A stretch of DNA of 50,000 nucleotides from Chiloscyllium plagiosum. Its lineage: Eukaryota. Positions 1-11,506 of this stretch are shown here, one piece after another (the stretch's first letter is position 1; each line of letters begins with the position of its first letter). The notes below the pieces were generated by a model. It ran no database searches. It was given only the letters and a program-made list of their open reading frames with translations, and had not been told where the DNA came from. The DNA is taken from positions 1 to 50,000 of the forward strand of contig NW_025214743.1 in assembly GCF_004010195.1 (NCBI RefSeq), given 5' to 3'. The translations under genes and the position numbers were made by a program.

Positions 1-484
1 TGGGAAAACCAATGGAATTTATCAGTTATTAAGCTAACCCACACATGTTCCAAGCTCTGAGTCAAAAGAAGCTGAGCGTGGGCAGGAAAGGAGTCACTGC
101 TGTTTTAAACTCATTAAACAGGATTGTGTCTGGTCTGTGAGAAGAGCATGGTGCTGTGTTGCAGATCAGAGTCCAAATCACTGTCAATACATGCAGTTGT
201 TTACATACTGTAGAAGGGACTATGATAGTAAAGGCTCCAGTTCCCTGTATATTTCATGCTGACCAGACTGAGACCCCCCCCCCCACCTCCCACTCCCATT
301 TCCACTCCCACTCTTACTACCCACCATGGGCATGGTATGGAAGGTTTTGCAAGTTGATGGTCAATCGGTTTGGCCACGTTACGAGAACATTGTCCTTGGC
401 CATCAGGACTTCAACCAGGTACTTCTGGTTCAGAGGCATGGATGTTTCCAACTGTGTCACAAGACTTCCTCAGAGTAGTAGATA

Positions 485-698
485 CAGGTCGTTCTGCTAT
501 AATGTCACTGTTGTGTTCCTCTGCAATCTTGGGCTATGGAAACCCGCTATACAAAATCACGCTATAGAAGATTGCTTATAGCCAATTGCTATACCTGTTC
601 AGTAGAAAGTTGTGTTATGCAAACAACATCCACAATTCATCAATCACATTATAGCCAATTCGCGCTGACTAAATGTGCATTTATAGCAGAATGACCTG
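485..698. mobile_element. MITE, Tc1/mariner-pogo (Tigger-like), 214 bp
   Basis: Terminal inverted repeats (TIRs) caggtcgttctgctataa / ttatagcagaatgacctg (17/18), flanked by TA at 483-484 and 699-700. Confidence 0.85.
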
Positions 699-1126
699 TA
701 ATGAAACTACCATGAGCCTCTCCAGCAGAGAACCAACACAAAGGTGTGAATCTCTATCTATGCCATAAGTTTTTGGGGGGGGTTGAAGATTTGATTTTGG
801 TCAAGACCAATCTCGGTTGGTGCAGGTCTGCTAATATTCCAGCTCAGGTTTGCCATTTTCCAGTGCTGGGAGCGAGCGAAGGTGTGGATGCCTTGGGTAA
901 GGCCTTGATTTACCTGATTAAAACTGTTTCTTTATCAAAGCCAAAATGTATTTTTCAAAGTTTTAGGAAAATGGGCTTCTTCAGAAAGAACACTTTGCAT
1001 AACTCTTGTAGTATTTTCTCAAAACGTAGGCAAGACTGTAACCACTTGCTTCCAACTAGCCCTCGTTCTTGACACCGTCAACATCATGACAATGTTTCTA
1101 TTGGAAAATCTGAATCATAAAATTCC

Positions 1127-1430
1127 TTCAGTGTAGAAAGTGAACAGTGTGGAAGAAGTTTCCATTGGTAGGAGAGACTGGGACCTGAGGGCACAGCCTT
1201 TGAGTAAAGGGAAGATCTTTTAGAACTGCCATAAGGAGAAACTTCTTCAGCCAGAGAGTGGCGAATCTAAGGAATTCACTGCCACAGAAGGCTGTGGAGG
1301 CCAGGTCATTGAATACATTTAAGACTGAGTTGGGGATCAAGGGTTACAGGGAGAAAGCAGGAGAATGGGGTTTAAAAACTTATCAACCATGATTTGAATA
1401 GTGGATCAGACTCGATGGGCTGAAAGGAGT
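1127..1430 (+). mobile_element. CR1-like LINE 3' fragment
   Basis: Highly similar to the LINE 3' end at 35620-35920 (tttccattggtagg..gagact..ggaattcactgccacagaaggctgtgg). Confidence 0.8.
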
Positions 1431-2800
1431 CTTCCATTTAACATGAGTCTTCCATTTGGTTGTAATTTCTTGAACGTCTTGGATGACAGCTGGTGATTTC
1501 TCCATGTTTCTTAAGAGCCCCTTAAGTGGCCAACAGTGATCAAGGATCCCAGGAGGCAGTAATTTCCTACCCAAAACCCCCATTTTGAGTACTGGGGTCC
1601 AATCAAAGGCAATGTATTCACCAGAGCCCCAGGATCCACTCAGGCTGCACGAGTGAGGTTGGGACGTGTCAATAATATAAAAGATCATGTAGCACCTAAG
1701 CTTGGGTCAAGTTTGTTCTCTGGTACATCCCAGCTTGAGCTGGTCTTTGCAGTTTTTGTGGTTTCATAAGCAAGTCTCGTACTTTAACTTCAACCCCTCC
1801 TGTATTTTGTTGCGTGATATAGTTTGCTTTAGGAAGAAGTGCAACTGGATAGGGACTGCCCAATGAGCAGTAGTCAAGGATTACTGGAGGGGAACTGAAA
1901 TCTGAGAAATATCGAAAGCAAGAACTATTTATATATTCAGTTGACAAAACAGATCTCCTGGATGTTCAGTATTAGAAGAACCCTGTTGCATTTTCATATC
2001 ATCTCTTGGTGAGGAGCCGATCCTGTAACATATGGAGACAGATGTGGTTTACTTAAGACAGTCTATTATGAAGTTGCTGGATGTGAAGTCATACCTCTGT
2101 CACTACCCCAAGCATGTTTCATCAGCTTTTACCAAACTGCCAATTACAGACCGAGAATAGAGGACATTCCCTGAGGGAGAACACTACAAGTTCCTGAGAT
2201 TAATGTCAACATTGATCAGATTTGCTGTTTGCGTGTGTGTCTTTGCATGTGGTTTCTTTAGTCCCATGGCCAACTAAAAAATGGTGAAGTATTACACCTC
2301 ACAGATAAGGTACCACAATATCTTGAGTAAAGCATGTTGAATGAAAAGTGACCGTAACCGCAGCGGGGCTTGATGTCCTCCCCTGTTAAGAGATAAGTGG
2401 GTAGCATTTAATGAGGAAGGAGTTTGACCGGTGGGTATTGCACTGCGTTTTCCTCGCAATCCTCTTTGGACCATTCGACCATAAGGAACAGGAAAATGAC
2501 TGGCCTAACCAGTTATTCAACAGGATTATGGCTGATCTGACACTTGAAGAATTATAGAATTTTACAATACAGAAGGAGACCATTCGCTCCATGGTCTCTA
2601 CTGGCTTCCAAAAGAGACCTGACATTATTCCCTATCTCCTGTAAAAATTCATCTTTTTAAATATGTATCCAGCTCTCTTTTGAATCCTTCAATGGAATCC
2701 ACCTCCACCACACTCTCAAGCAGCGCATTCCATTTCCTAACAATTCTGAGGAAAGAAGTTTCTCCTCATCTTTTCTCCCAGCTGTCTTGCTGATGATCTT

Positions 2801-2983
2801 AGTTACAAATTGCACAATATCAGGTTATAGTCCAACAGGTTTATTTGGAAACATTAGCTTTCGGGGATGAAGGAGCAGCACTATGAAAGCTAATGCTTCC
2901 AAATAAACCTGTTCAACTATAACCTGGTGGTGTGATTTTTAAGTTTGTACACCCCAGTCGAACACTGGCTCCTGCACATCATG
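2801..2983 (+). mobile_element. Short fold-back PLE-terminus-like element (family B) with hammerhead remnant
   Basis: 42-bp imperfect inverted repeat 2821-2862 / 2885-2926. Centre reads gatgaaggagcagcactatGAAAGCTA. Flanks gctgatgatct / gctgaggatct are TSD-like. Confidence 0.65.
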
Positions 2984-3093
2984 GCTGAGGATCTCGAAAT
3001 TGTGATCCCTAGTTACTGACACATCAACGTGGAAATGGAATATCCTCCGTTACCCTGTCAAAATTGTTCCTAATTTTGAACACCCCTTAATCC

Positions 3094-3367
3094 TTGTTGT
3101 GGTTCTGTTCGCTGAGCTGGGAATTTATATTGCAGACGTTTCGTCCCCTGTCTAGGAGTGCTTGGGAGCCTCCTGTGAAATTTCCTCTGGCATTTATACC
3201 ACTATAAATGCCGGAGGAAACATCACAGAAGCGCTTCACAGGAGGCTCCCAAGCACTGAGGATGTCACCTAGACAGGGGACGAAACGTCTGCAACACAAA
3301 TTCCCAGCTCGGCGAACAGAACCACAACAACGAGCACCCGAGCTACCAATCTTCTCTCAAACTTTGA
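3094..3367 (+). mobile_element. Fold-back PLE-terminus-like element (family C)
   Basis: Inverted arms 3094-3198 / 3203-3330 around a 4-nt loop, with a 37-nt unpaired tail. TSD accccttaatcc (3082-3093) / acctcttaatcc (3368-3379). Confidence 0.8.
3253..3292 (+). ncRNA. Minimal type I hammerhead ribozyme motif (family C)
   Basis: gca-CTGAGGA-t-GTCaCCT-agac-AGGgGAC-GAAAC-GTC-tgc. All core nucleotides present, stem II, 3-bp stem I, palindromic ACGT stem III. Confidence 0.75.
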
Positions 3368-3544
3368 ACCTCTTAATCCTCTTGGAGCAGAGAGGATTAA
3401 GCCCAATTTATTTTCTCTCTTTCCTTGTTTTTAAAATCCCTCATTCCTGACATCATTCTAGTAAACCTCCCTTGCACATTCTCCAGGGCTTTAATCTGCT
3501 TCCTTAAATAAGGTACCGCAAACTGAACACAATACAAAAAAGGG

Positions 3545-6500
3545 GCAGTCACCCACATGGCGGGAAGTTAATCAATGGAGAAAGAAACCTACACTGCTGT
3601 CTGACCCAGCAGTGAACCTTCACAGCTACTTCCTTTTGCCATTTGATTTCAAGTATCTCTGGATATCGGAGTTCATCTAAGAAAAATAAACAGTGAAATT
3701 CACAGCTGACTTAAAGAAACCTGTGTGGAGAGATTGTGGCAGGGGAGCAGCTCAGTGGCTAGTGTTTTTTTGGTTAATCTGCAATAGTGAGTAGAGTGGA
3801 TTCTTTTTGACTTGTGTTTTAATCAAGCGGCAGATCTCAAATTTAAAAATGTAAAACATAGGTACTAAGTTAGCTGGGAGCAGTGTTTATAGAGCAGTAA
3901 AACTGTGCTATTTTCTGGGTCTGCAGATTAAGATGCAAAGGTGGCCTTTTAGTAGAGTGATGTGCTCTTCCTGTTGGGTGTGCGAGATTAGGGAGAGTTT
4001 CCATGTTAGTGAAATTTATGTTTGCAGTAAGTATACTTGGTTGCAAATCCTATTGGATCGCACGGATCGTTTGGAGCAGTACTTGGAGGCAATGAGGAAT
4101 TTACAGGAGCTAGGGGGTGTGATAGATGGCAGTTATAGAAAGGGAGAAAAACCACAGATATAGTCAGGTAGATGGGTTACCTCCAGGAGTCTCCTGTGGC
4201 TATCCCCATCTCAAACAAGTGTGCTGTTATGGAAAATGTAGGGAGTGATGGAATCTCAGGAGAATGTAGCAAGGACAGCCAGGTTCCTGGTACTGAGACT
4301 GGCTCTAATGAGGGGTACATCAGGTTCCAAGTGGTCAACTTATGATTGGGGACTCTCTAGTCAGAGGCACAGACGGGCGTTTCTGCAACTGATGGTGAGA
4401 CATCAGAATGGTGTGTTGCCTCCCTGGTGCCAGGATCAAGGATATCTCAGGGGTGCAGAATGCTCACCAAGGAGAGAGAGGGACCAGCAGGATGTCATTG
4501 TACACATTGGAACTAATGACATAGGTAGGAAAGAGGATGAGATTCTGAAGAGAGAATATAGGAAGTTAGGCAGAATTTAAAAGAGAGGTCTTTGACGGTA
4601 GTAATATCTGTATTACTCTGCAACGATGTAGTGAGGGGAAGAATAGGAGGGTAGAGCAGATGAATGTGTGGCTGAGGAGTTGGTGCAGGGAAGAAGGATT
4701 CACATTTTTGGATCATTGGAATCTTTTCTGGTGTAGAAGTAATCTGTATAAGAAGGAAGAAATGTACCTAAATTGAAAGGAAACTAATTTACTGGCAGGG
4801 AGATTTGCTAGAGCTGCTCGGGAGGATTTTAAACCAGTAAATGGTGAGAGGGTTTGGGACAGAGACAGGAATGGGAGCAGTCTCAGAATGATATCAGTGG
4901 GAAAAGGAATAATTCCAACAGTCAAGGTAGACAGGAACAAAGCTGAGAATGCGATAGGACTGATACATTTAACTGCATTAATTTCAAAGCAAGAAACCTC
5001 AGGAAAGGCAGATGAACTGAGGGCATAGTTGGTAACATGGGACTGGGATATCATTGCAATTACAGAGACCTGGCTCAGGGATGGATAGGGCTGGCAGTTT
5101 AATGTTTTAGGATATAGGTCCTATAGGAAAGATTTAAAAAACATGGAGGGGGAATGGTGTTTTTGATTAAGGATTACATTGCTGTATTAGGGAAGATATT
5201 CCTTGGAATGCATGCAGATCAGTTATTGGGTGGAACTGAGAATTAAGAAAGGGATAATCATCTTATTGGGATTGTACTATAGACCCTGACAATAGTCATC
5301 AAGAAATTGAGAAACAAAATTTGTAAGGAGATCTGTTATCTGGAAGGAGATCTGTTATCTGGAAGAAGAAGGTGATTGTGGTAGGGGGTTTTAGCTTTCC
5401 AAACATAGACTGGGCCTGCCATTGTATTAACAGCTTGGATGGAGAGGTGTTTAAGGAGTTAAGGAGTTAAGGAGAATCCAAAGGGATTCTGCTAATACAT
5501 TAACCCAAATGAGTAACTAGGGAGAGAATAGGGCCCCTTAAAAATCAGCAAGGCAGCTCACCTGTGAGATACTAAACGAGTATTTTGCATTAGTGTTTAC
5601 TTTGGAGAAGGATATGGAAGATATAGAATGTGGAGAAGTAAGTAGTGACATCTTGAAAAATGTTCATATTACAAAGGAGGTGGTACTGGATGTCTTAAAG
5701 CACATAACGGTGGATAAAGCCCTCTGATCTGATCAAGTGTACCCTAGAACACTGGGAAGCAAGAGAAGAGAATACTGGGCCCCTCGCTGGGGTATTTGTA
5801 TCATCAATAGCCACACGTGAGGTGCCAGAAGACTGGAGGTTGGCTAACATTGGGCCACTATTTTGGAAAGATGGTAAGGAAAAGAGAGGGAACTATAAAC
5901 CGGTGAGCCTGATATCTGTGGTGGGCACGTTGTTGGAGGGAATCATGAGGAATAGGTTTTACATCTATTTGGAAAGGCAGTGAGTAATTAGGGATAGTCA
6001 ACATGGCATTTTGCATGGGAAATCCTGTCTCACTAACTTGTTTGAGTTTTTGGAAAAAGTAAGAGGATTGATGAGGGTAGTATTGCGGATGTGATCTATA
6101 TGGACTTCAGTCTGTCATTTGACAGAGTTACGAATAGCAGACTGGTTAGCAAAGTTAGGTCACGTGGAATAGAGGGAGAACTAGCTATTTGGATACCGAA
6201 CTGGCTCAAAGGTAGAAGACAGAGCGTGATGGTGGAGGGTTGCTTTTCAGACTGGAAGCCTGTGACCAGTGGTGTGCCACAGGGATCAGTGCTTTTTGTC
6301 ATTTATATAAATTATTTGGGTATGAACATAGCAGGTTAGTAAATTTCCAGATGACACTAAAATTAGAAGTGTAGTGGTTAGTGAATAAGGTTACCCCGGA
6401 GTACAATGGGACTTTGATCCGATGGGCCGAGGAATGGTAGATAGGGTTCAGTTTAGATAAATATGAAGTACTGCATTTTGGAAAGGCAAATCAAAGCAGG

Positions 6501-7255
6501 GCTTTTACACTTAATGATAAAATCCTGGGATGGGTTGCTGAATAAAGAGACATTGGAGTGCACGTTCATAGTTCGTGTATGTGGAGTCACGGGTGGATAG
6601 GAGAGTGAAAGAGACATTTGGTATGCTTTCCTTTATTGGCCAGAGCATTGAGAGTAGGAGTTAGAAGGTCATGTTCCGTATAGCTGCAACATTAGTTCAG
6701 CCACTTTTGCAGTGCTGTGTGCAATTCTGGTCTCCCTCCTATAAGAATTACGTTGTGAAGCTTGAACAGGTTTAGAAGCAATCAATAAGGATGTTGCCAG
6801 GGTTGGTGGGTTTGAGCTATGGGACAAGGCTGAATCGACTGCGGCTTTTTTCCCTGAAGTGTCAGAGGCTGAGGGGTGACTTTGTAGAGGTTTACAAAAT
6901 CATGAGGGGCATGATTAGGATAAACCGGTAAGGTCTTTTCCCCAGGGCAGGGGACTCAAAAACTAGAAAGCAAACATTTAAGGTGAGAGTGGAAAGATAT
7001 AAAAGAGAACTAAGGGGCAAGTTCTTCATGCAGAGGGTCATGCATGTATGGAATGAACTGCCAGAGGAAGTGGTTGAGGCTGGGAAAATTAGAACATTTT
7101 TAAAAAGCATCTGGATGGATATACGAATCGGAAGGATTTAGAGGGATCTGGGCCAAGTGCTGGCAAATGGGACTAGATTAATTTAGGATATCTGGTTGGC
7201 ATGGACAAGTTGGACTGAAGGGTCTGTTTCCGTGCTGTACAGCTTTATGACTCTA
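3545..7255 (+). mobile_element. Long decayed CR1/HER1-like LINE with ORF1 (Zn finger plus SGNH esterase) and ORF2 (APE endonuclease plus RT), internally deleted
   Basis: ORF1 CSSC..CSK at 3960-4030, IGDSLVRG at ~4343, VIVHIGTND at ~4495. ORF2 WDIIAITETWL at ~5044, YMDFS at ~6097, GVPQGSVL at ~6271. Ends tatgactcta. Many stops and frameshifts. Confidence 0.92.
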
Positions 7256-7356
7256 AATGTGGTCTAATCATTAATTTGCATAACTTGTTTGCTTTTACAA
7301 CTCCCTTCCTCTATTTATAAGCTACTTTAACAACTGTTTCAACAAAAGAGGATTGC

Positions 7357-7679
7357 AGAATCCCTACGGGGCAGGTAGCACCCATTTGGCACGTTGATTC
7401 TGCACCAAACCTCAGCACCCCACCCCAGCCATATGGGGTTTTTAACCATAATTAATCCACCTAACCTACACATCCCTGGACACTCAGAAATTTAGCATGG
7501 CCAATCCACCTAACCTGCATATCTTTGGATTGTGGGAGGAAACCAGAGCACATGAAGGAAACCCATGCTGACATTGAGAGAACATGCAAACTCCACGTAC
7601 ACAGTCACCCAAAGCTGGAATCAAACTCTGGTCTTTGGTGCTGTGAGGCAGCAGTGCTAACCACAGAGCCACATGCTGC
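7357..7679 (-). mobile_element. HE1-like tRNA-derived SINE
   Basis: Reverse complement shows an A-box-like head (tggctctgtggttagcactgctgcctcacag) and a body shared with 22483, 32121, 33617 and 49865. Confidence 0.85.
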
Positions 7680-8300
7680 TTGTGACCACATTCTGAGAAT
7701 TATGCACATGAATCTTGAGGCCCTTCTGTACTCTCCATTAAAGTTGTACGTTTGAGCCTGTAATATCTGTTTCTTTAATCAAAATACATTATCTCACTCA
7801 AATAACTCAGCAGAGGCTGGTGCCTGCATCAGCAAATCACCCCTTATTTACATGTGGAAATTCCTTGACACTGATTCATCTCTCTGAGCGGGATGTGTGA
7901 CACTCCTGTTTCGTTCTGTCAGTCAGGGCTCCTTGACTGGATGTCTAAACCTGGTCTGATCAGGGAACTCCTATTCTATGAGGTCCACCTAGCTGACTTT
8001 GTTACAATCATTACACTGTCATTTCTGTGCATTGAAATTCATCTGCCAGGTATCTGTCCATTTGGCTAACTTGTCAGTGTCTCTGAAATCGCTCCATGCC
8101 AGTCTCACAATTCACTGTTGCTCCTCGCTTAGTATTGCCTGCAAATTCAGAGACTTTGCCCTCAAACCCATCTCCAAATTATGCATATAAATCAGAAAAT
8201 GCAAGGCTCTCAACATCACTTTTAATTTATCTCCAATTGAAGCAAGATCTATCCAGACTTAATTTCTGTTCCTATCTTTTAGCCAATTTCTAATCCATTC

Positions 8301-8424
8301 ATTCCTGATGAACAGCTTATGCTCAAAACATTTACTCTCTTGCATCTCGGATGTTGCCCGACTGGCTGATTCCAGTGCCACACTCTTCAACTCTGGTCTC
8401 CAGCATCTGCAGTCCTCACTTCCT
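8301..8424 (+). mobile_element. PLE terminus fragment (family A), degenerate hammerhead
   Basis: attcctgatgaacagcttatgctcaaaac...ctccagcatctgcagtcctcactt, homologous to 44074-44200. Confidence 0.8.
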
Positions 8425-8454
8425 TCCTTCTAAACCATGCTACTAAAGACCCAT

Positions 8455-8790
8455 CAAACTTGTCTATCTCTGCCTGAACTGTACACAAGGCCTTTACCCC
8501 CTGCAGCGCTCTGTGGAAGGAGTTTCAAAGGAACTCGACTCTCAGAATTTCTTCCTCATGTCAGCTTTAAATTGCCCCTCACCATTAATTCTGAAACGAT
8601 ACCCTCTGGTCCTAGACTCTGCCAAGCGGGAAGCATCCACTCAAAATTTACCACCCCAAGACCCTTTGGGAACATATGTTTCAATGAGAGGACCTCTCGT
8701 TCATCTAAATTCCAATATGTAGAGTCCCAATCCTGTTTAATCTTTGCTCATAAGGCACTCTCTCCATCGAGTGAATCATCCTTGTGAACT
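8455..8790 (-). mobile_element. CR1/L2-like LINE 3' fragment
   Basis: Degenerate reverse-complement LINE 3' motifs shared with other copies in the window. Confidence 0.55.
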
Positions 8791-9310
8791 CCCTGGTTGT
8801 CAGTTCAGAACAGGGGGCTTTGTTTTAAAATCAAGGGTTGCTCTTTCAGGATAGGGATGAGTAATTTTTGAGGTTTCTTGACTGGGCCTGGGGCCCGACA
8901 GGGTTGATAGTTGTAAAGGAAAACCACTACTGAGTCTTAATGAGATGATGCTCATGTTTTATATGTTATGCATTTTATTGCACCTTGGTTATTGGCTACA
9001 AGTTACATTAGCAAGTTTTAGATATTGTTACTAAATATATTGGGAGACACTTGAAGAATGGGTAGGCTGGAGTATGATGCAATCTCTGACAAAACTACTG
9101 TACATGACACAAAACAGACCACACCTAGAATACTGAGAACAAGTTTGGATCCCTTATCTAAAGAAGATAGACTGACATTAGAGGCACTCCAGAAAAAGTT
9201 AACTCGGGGGAATCAGCTGCACAGACTCTCTAATGATGAGAAATTGAGCAGGTTGGCTTCTGTACTCGATGGAGGTCAAAAGATGGGCTACTTTACCCAA
9301 ATATACTTGG

Positions 9311-9507
9311 TTGAAACTTTATTGCTGGAACAGCACAGCAGGTCAGGCAGCATCCAGGGAACAGGAGATTCGACGTTTCAGTCCTGAAGAAGGGCCTGTG
9401 CCCGAAACGTCGAATCTCCTGTTCCCTGGATGCTGCCTGACCTGCTGTGCTGTTCCAGCAATAAAGTTTCAACTTTGATCTCCAGCATCTGCAGACCTCA
9501 CTTTCTC
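9311..9507 (+). mobile_element. Young fold-back PLE-terminus element (family A)
   Basis: Perfect 69-bp inverted repeat 9311-9379 / 9404-9472, ~35-nt tail, perfect TSD cccaaatatacttgg (9296-9310 / 9508-9522). Confidence 0.92.
9382..9414 (+). ncRNA. Minimal type I hammerhead ribozyme motif (family A)
   Basis: CTGAAGA-a-GGGC-ctgt-GCCC-GAAAC-GTC at 9384-9411. Stem I is weak. Confidence 0.7.
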
Positions 9508-10759
9508 CCCAAATATACTTGGGGTGGCTTGATAGAGATGTGCTTCCCCCTTGTGGGAAAGCCTAGCACCAGCGAACATCAATTCAAAGTAAGTGGTTGC
9601 ACAGCCAGGATAGTCATTTTCTCAAACAGTGAATCTGTGAAATTTTGTACCTCTTAGATCTGTCGAGGCTGGTTGTTGAGTATACTCAAGGCTAAGATGA
9701 TCAAATTTTCAATCCAGAGAGAATTGAGGGTTATGTGGAAAAGGCAGGAAATTGGATTTGAGGATCATCAGATCAGCCATGATCTCATTGAATGGTGAAG
9801 CAGATTCAATGGAATGAATTGCCTCATTCTGCTCCTACCACTTATGGTCCTATGACTGTACTTTGTACTTTGTAATTCATTAGGAAAGTCATGTTGTTAA
9901 CCAATAAATCACAACCGTGTAGTCTGGGCTCTAAGTTATAATGTACATTTGTGCATAAATCTTTTGATATTTGCCCTCAATTTAAAATAAACCCTTTCTC
10001 TCTGCATTTTTGCTACTAGATCTGACATAGGCTGAGAGAATACATCACTTAGAGGATTTTTTGTTCCTGACTGGCATTTCTTTTTCCACCCAGCATCTGT
10101 GTAAGTCAAGGCTGGCTGATTGATGGATTACTTTCACTTTGTGCTGGATTTTTGGACAATGAAAGTATTGGATTACATTTCAGAGCTGATATGAGTCTTA
10201 AATGACCCAAATGTAACCACACATCCACCCCCACACCCCATCTAATGAGGGCGCACTTTCATTGTGTAGCACAGATAGAGCAATCTTCGAGGACTAATAT
10301 GTGAATTAACTCTTTGCTGAAGAATACTTTGACAGCATTTGTATTGCTTGGGATAAGCTTCTGTCAACTTTCATTTTATATATGCCAGGCACAGATGTCA
10401 GTCTTTGTGACTAGGATATGGTGGCTCGCTGCACTGAGCATCTAGATGGAAAGTGATAGCAGCCCTGAGTAAATTTGACTTATGCTTGCATTCTGGCCTC
10501 CCTTTATATAACACTGTTGCATTGCAAATCACATTGTCATATTTTGTTTCCTCTTTCTGAATGACCCTGGAGTCTAGAGGGATGGAACATTAATTGCCCG
10601 AACAATGCTACATGCAAAACCTTATGCCTTTGTTCCTTTTCTATGAACAACCCTTAACTCTTGACAAAAATAGAAGAAATACTGTGAAGGAAAGGCTATT
10701 TGACAGGTGGGGACATTGAAGGGTCATATGATGAAATTTCCAGTAATGCATCTGACATT

Positions 10760-11010
10760 GGTTGCCTCAATTTCTCTGCCTGTCACCCATTCGAACCTAT
10801 CTCCCTCTGAACTGACTGCACACTCTGCTCTCAGATTCAACCCTAACTTTGTAATTAAGCCTGCTGACCAGGATGGTGCTGTTGTTTGTCTGTCTGGTGT
10901 GCTGACCTCTACACTGCAGAGGCTGAATGCGCACTCTAGGATACCACTCCCTCTTATTCTCCTCTCAACCATGATCCTTTCATTGAACAAAAGGTTACCG
11001 TGCCCATAAT
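10760..11010 (+). mobile_element. Decayed Penelope-like RT fragment
   Basis: SNLSPSEL...FVIKPADQDGAVV resembles the PLE IKPADKGGAVV motif. Confidence 0.75.
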
Positions 11011-11026
11011 TGTTATCAATCTCTGA

Positions 11027-11506
11027 AAATAGACCCTTCGGTCCAACTCATCCATGCCAACCAGATATCTAAACCTAAAGTAGTCCCATTTGCCAGCATT
11101 CAACCCATATCCCTCTCAACCCTTCCTTTTCATTATACCCATCCAGATGCATTTTAAACGCTGCAATTGTACCAGCCTCCACCACTTCCTCTGGCAGCTC
11201 ATTCCATACACGCACCACCCTCTGTGTGAAAAATTTGCTCCTTGGGTCTCTTTTTTTGTCTTTCCCATCTCACCCTAAACCTACGCCCTCTAGTTCTGGA
11301 CTCCCACACCCTAGGGAAAAGACACTGGTTATTTACACTTTTCATGACCCTCATGATTTTATAAACCTCTGAGATCACCCCTCAGCCTCCGACACTCCAG
11401 AGAAAGCAGCCCCAGTATATTCAGCCTCTTTATAGCTCAAATCCTCCAACCCTCGCAACATCCTTGTAAATCCTTTCTGAACTCTTTCAAGTTTCACAAC
11501 ATCCTT
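11027..11506 (-). mobile_element. CR1-like LINE 3' fragment
   Basis: Reverse complement of the 6750-7230 region. Confidence 0.85.

Larger units (their letters stand above)
2550..3536 (-). mobile_element. Old CR1-like LINE 3' portion hosting nested inserts; appears to resume at ~7256-8290
   Basis: Reverse-complement LINE 3' motifs. aaactgaacacaatac (3520-3535) continues as aatgtggtctaa at 7256. Confidence 0.65.
9085..9855 (+). mobile_element. CR1-like LINE 3' fragment interrupted by the 9311 insert
   Basis: cacacctagaatactg..tttgg motif and 3' tail gatcagccatgatctcattgaatgg...cttatggtcctatg. Confidence 0.7.

Noticed and set aside
156..1072. 141-aa and 108-aa ORFs
   Set aside because: Non-ATG starts, no recognisable homology, and the first spans a MITE.
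9311..9472. Fold-back elements as DNA-transposon MITEs or pre-miRNAs
   Set aside because: Long TSDs, the asymmetric tail and homology to the PLE terminus point to a retroelement origin.
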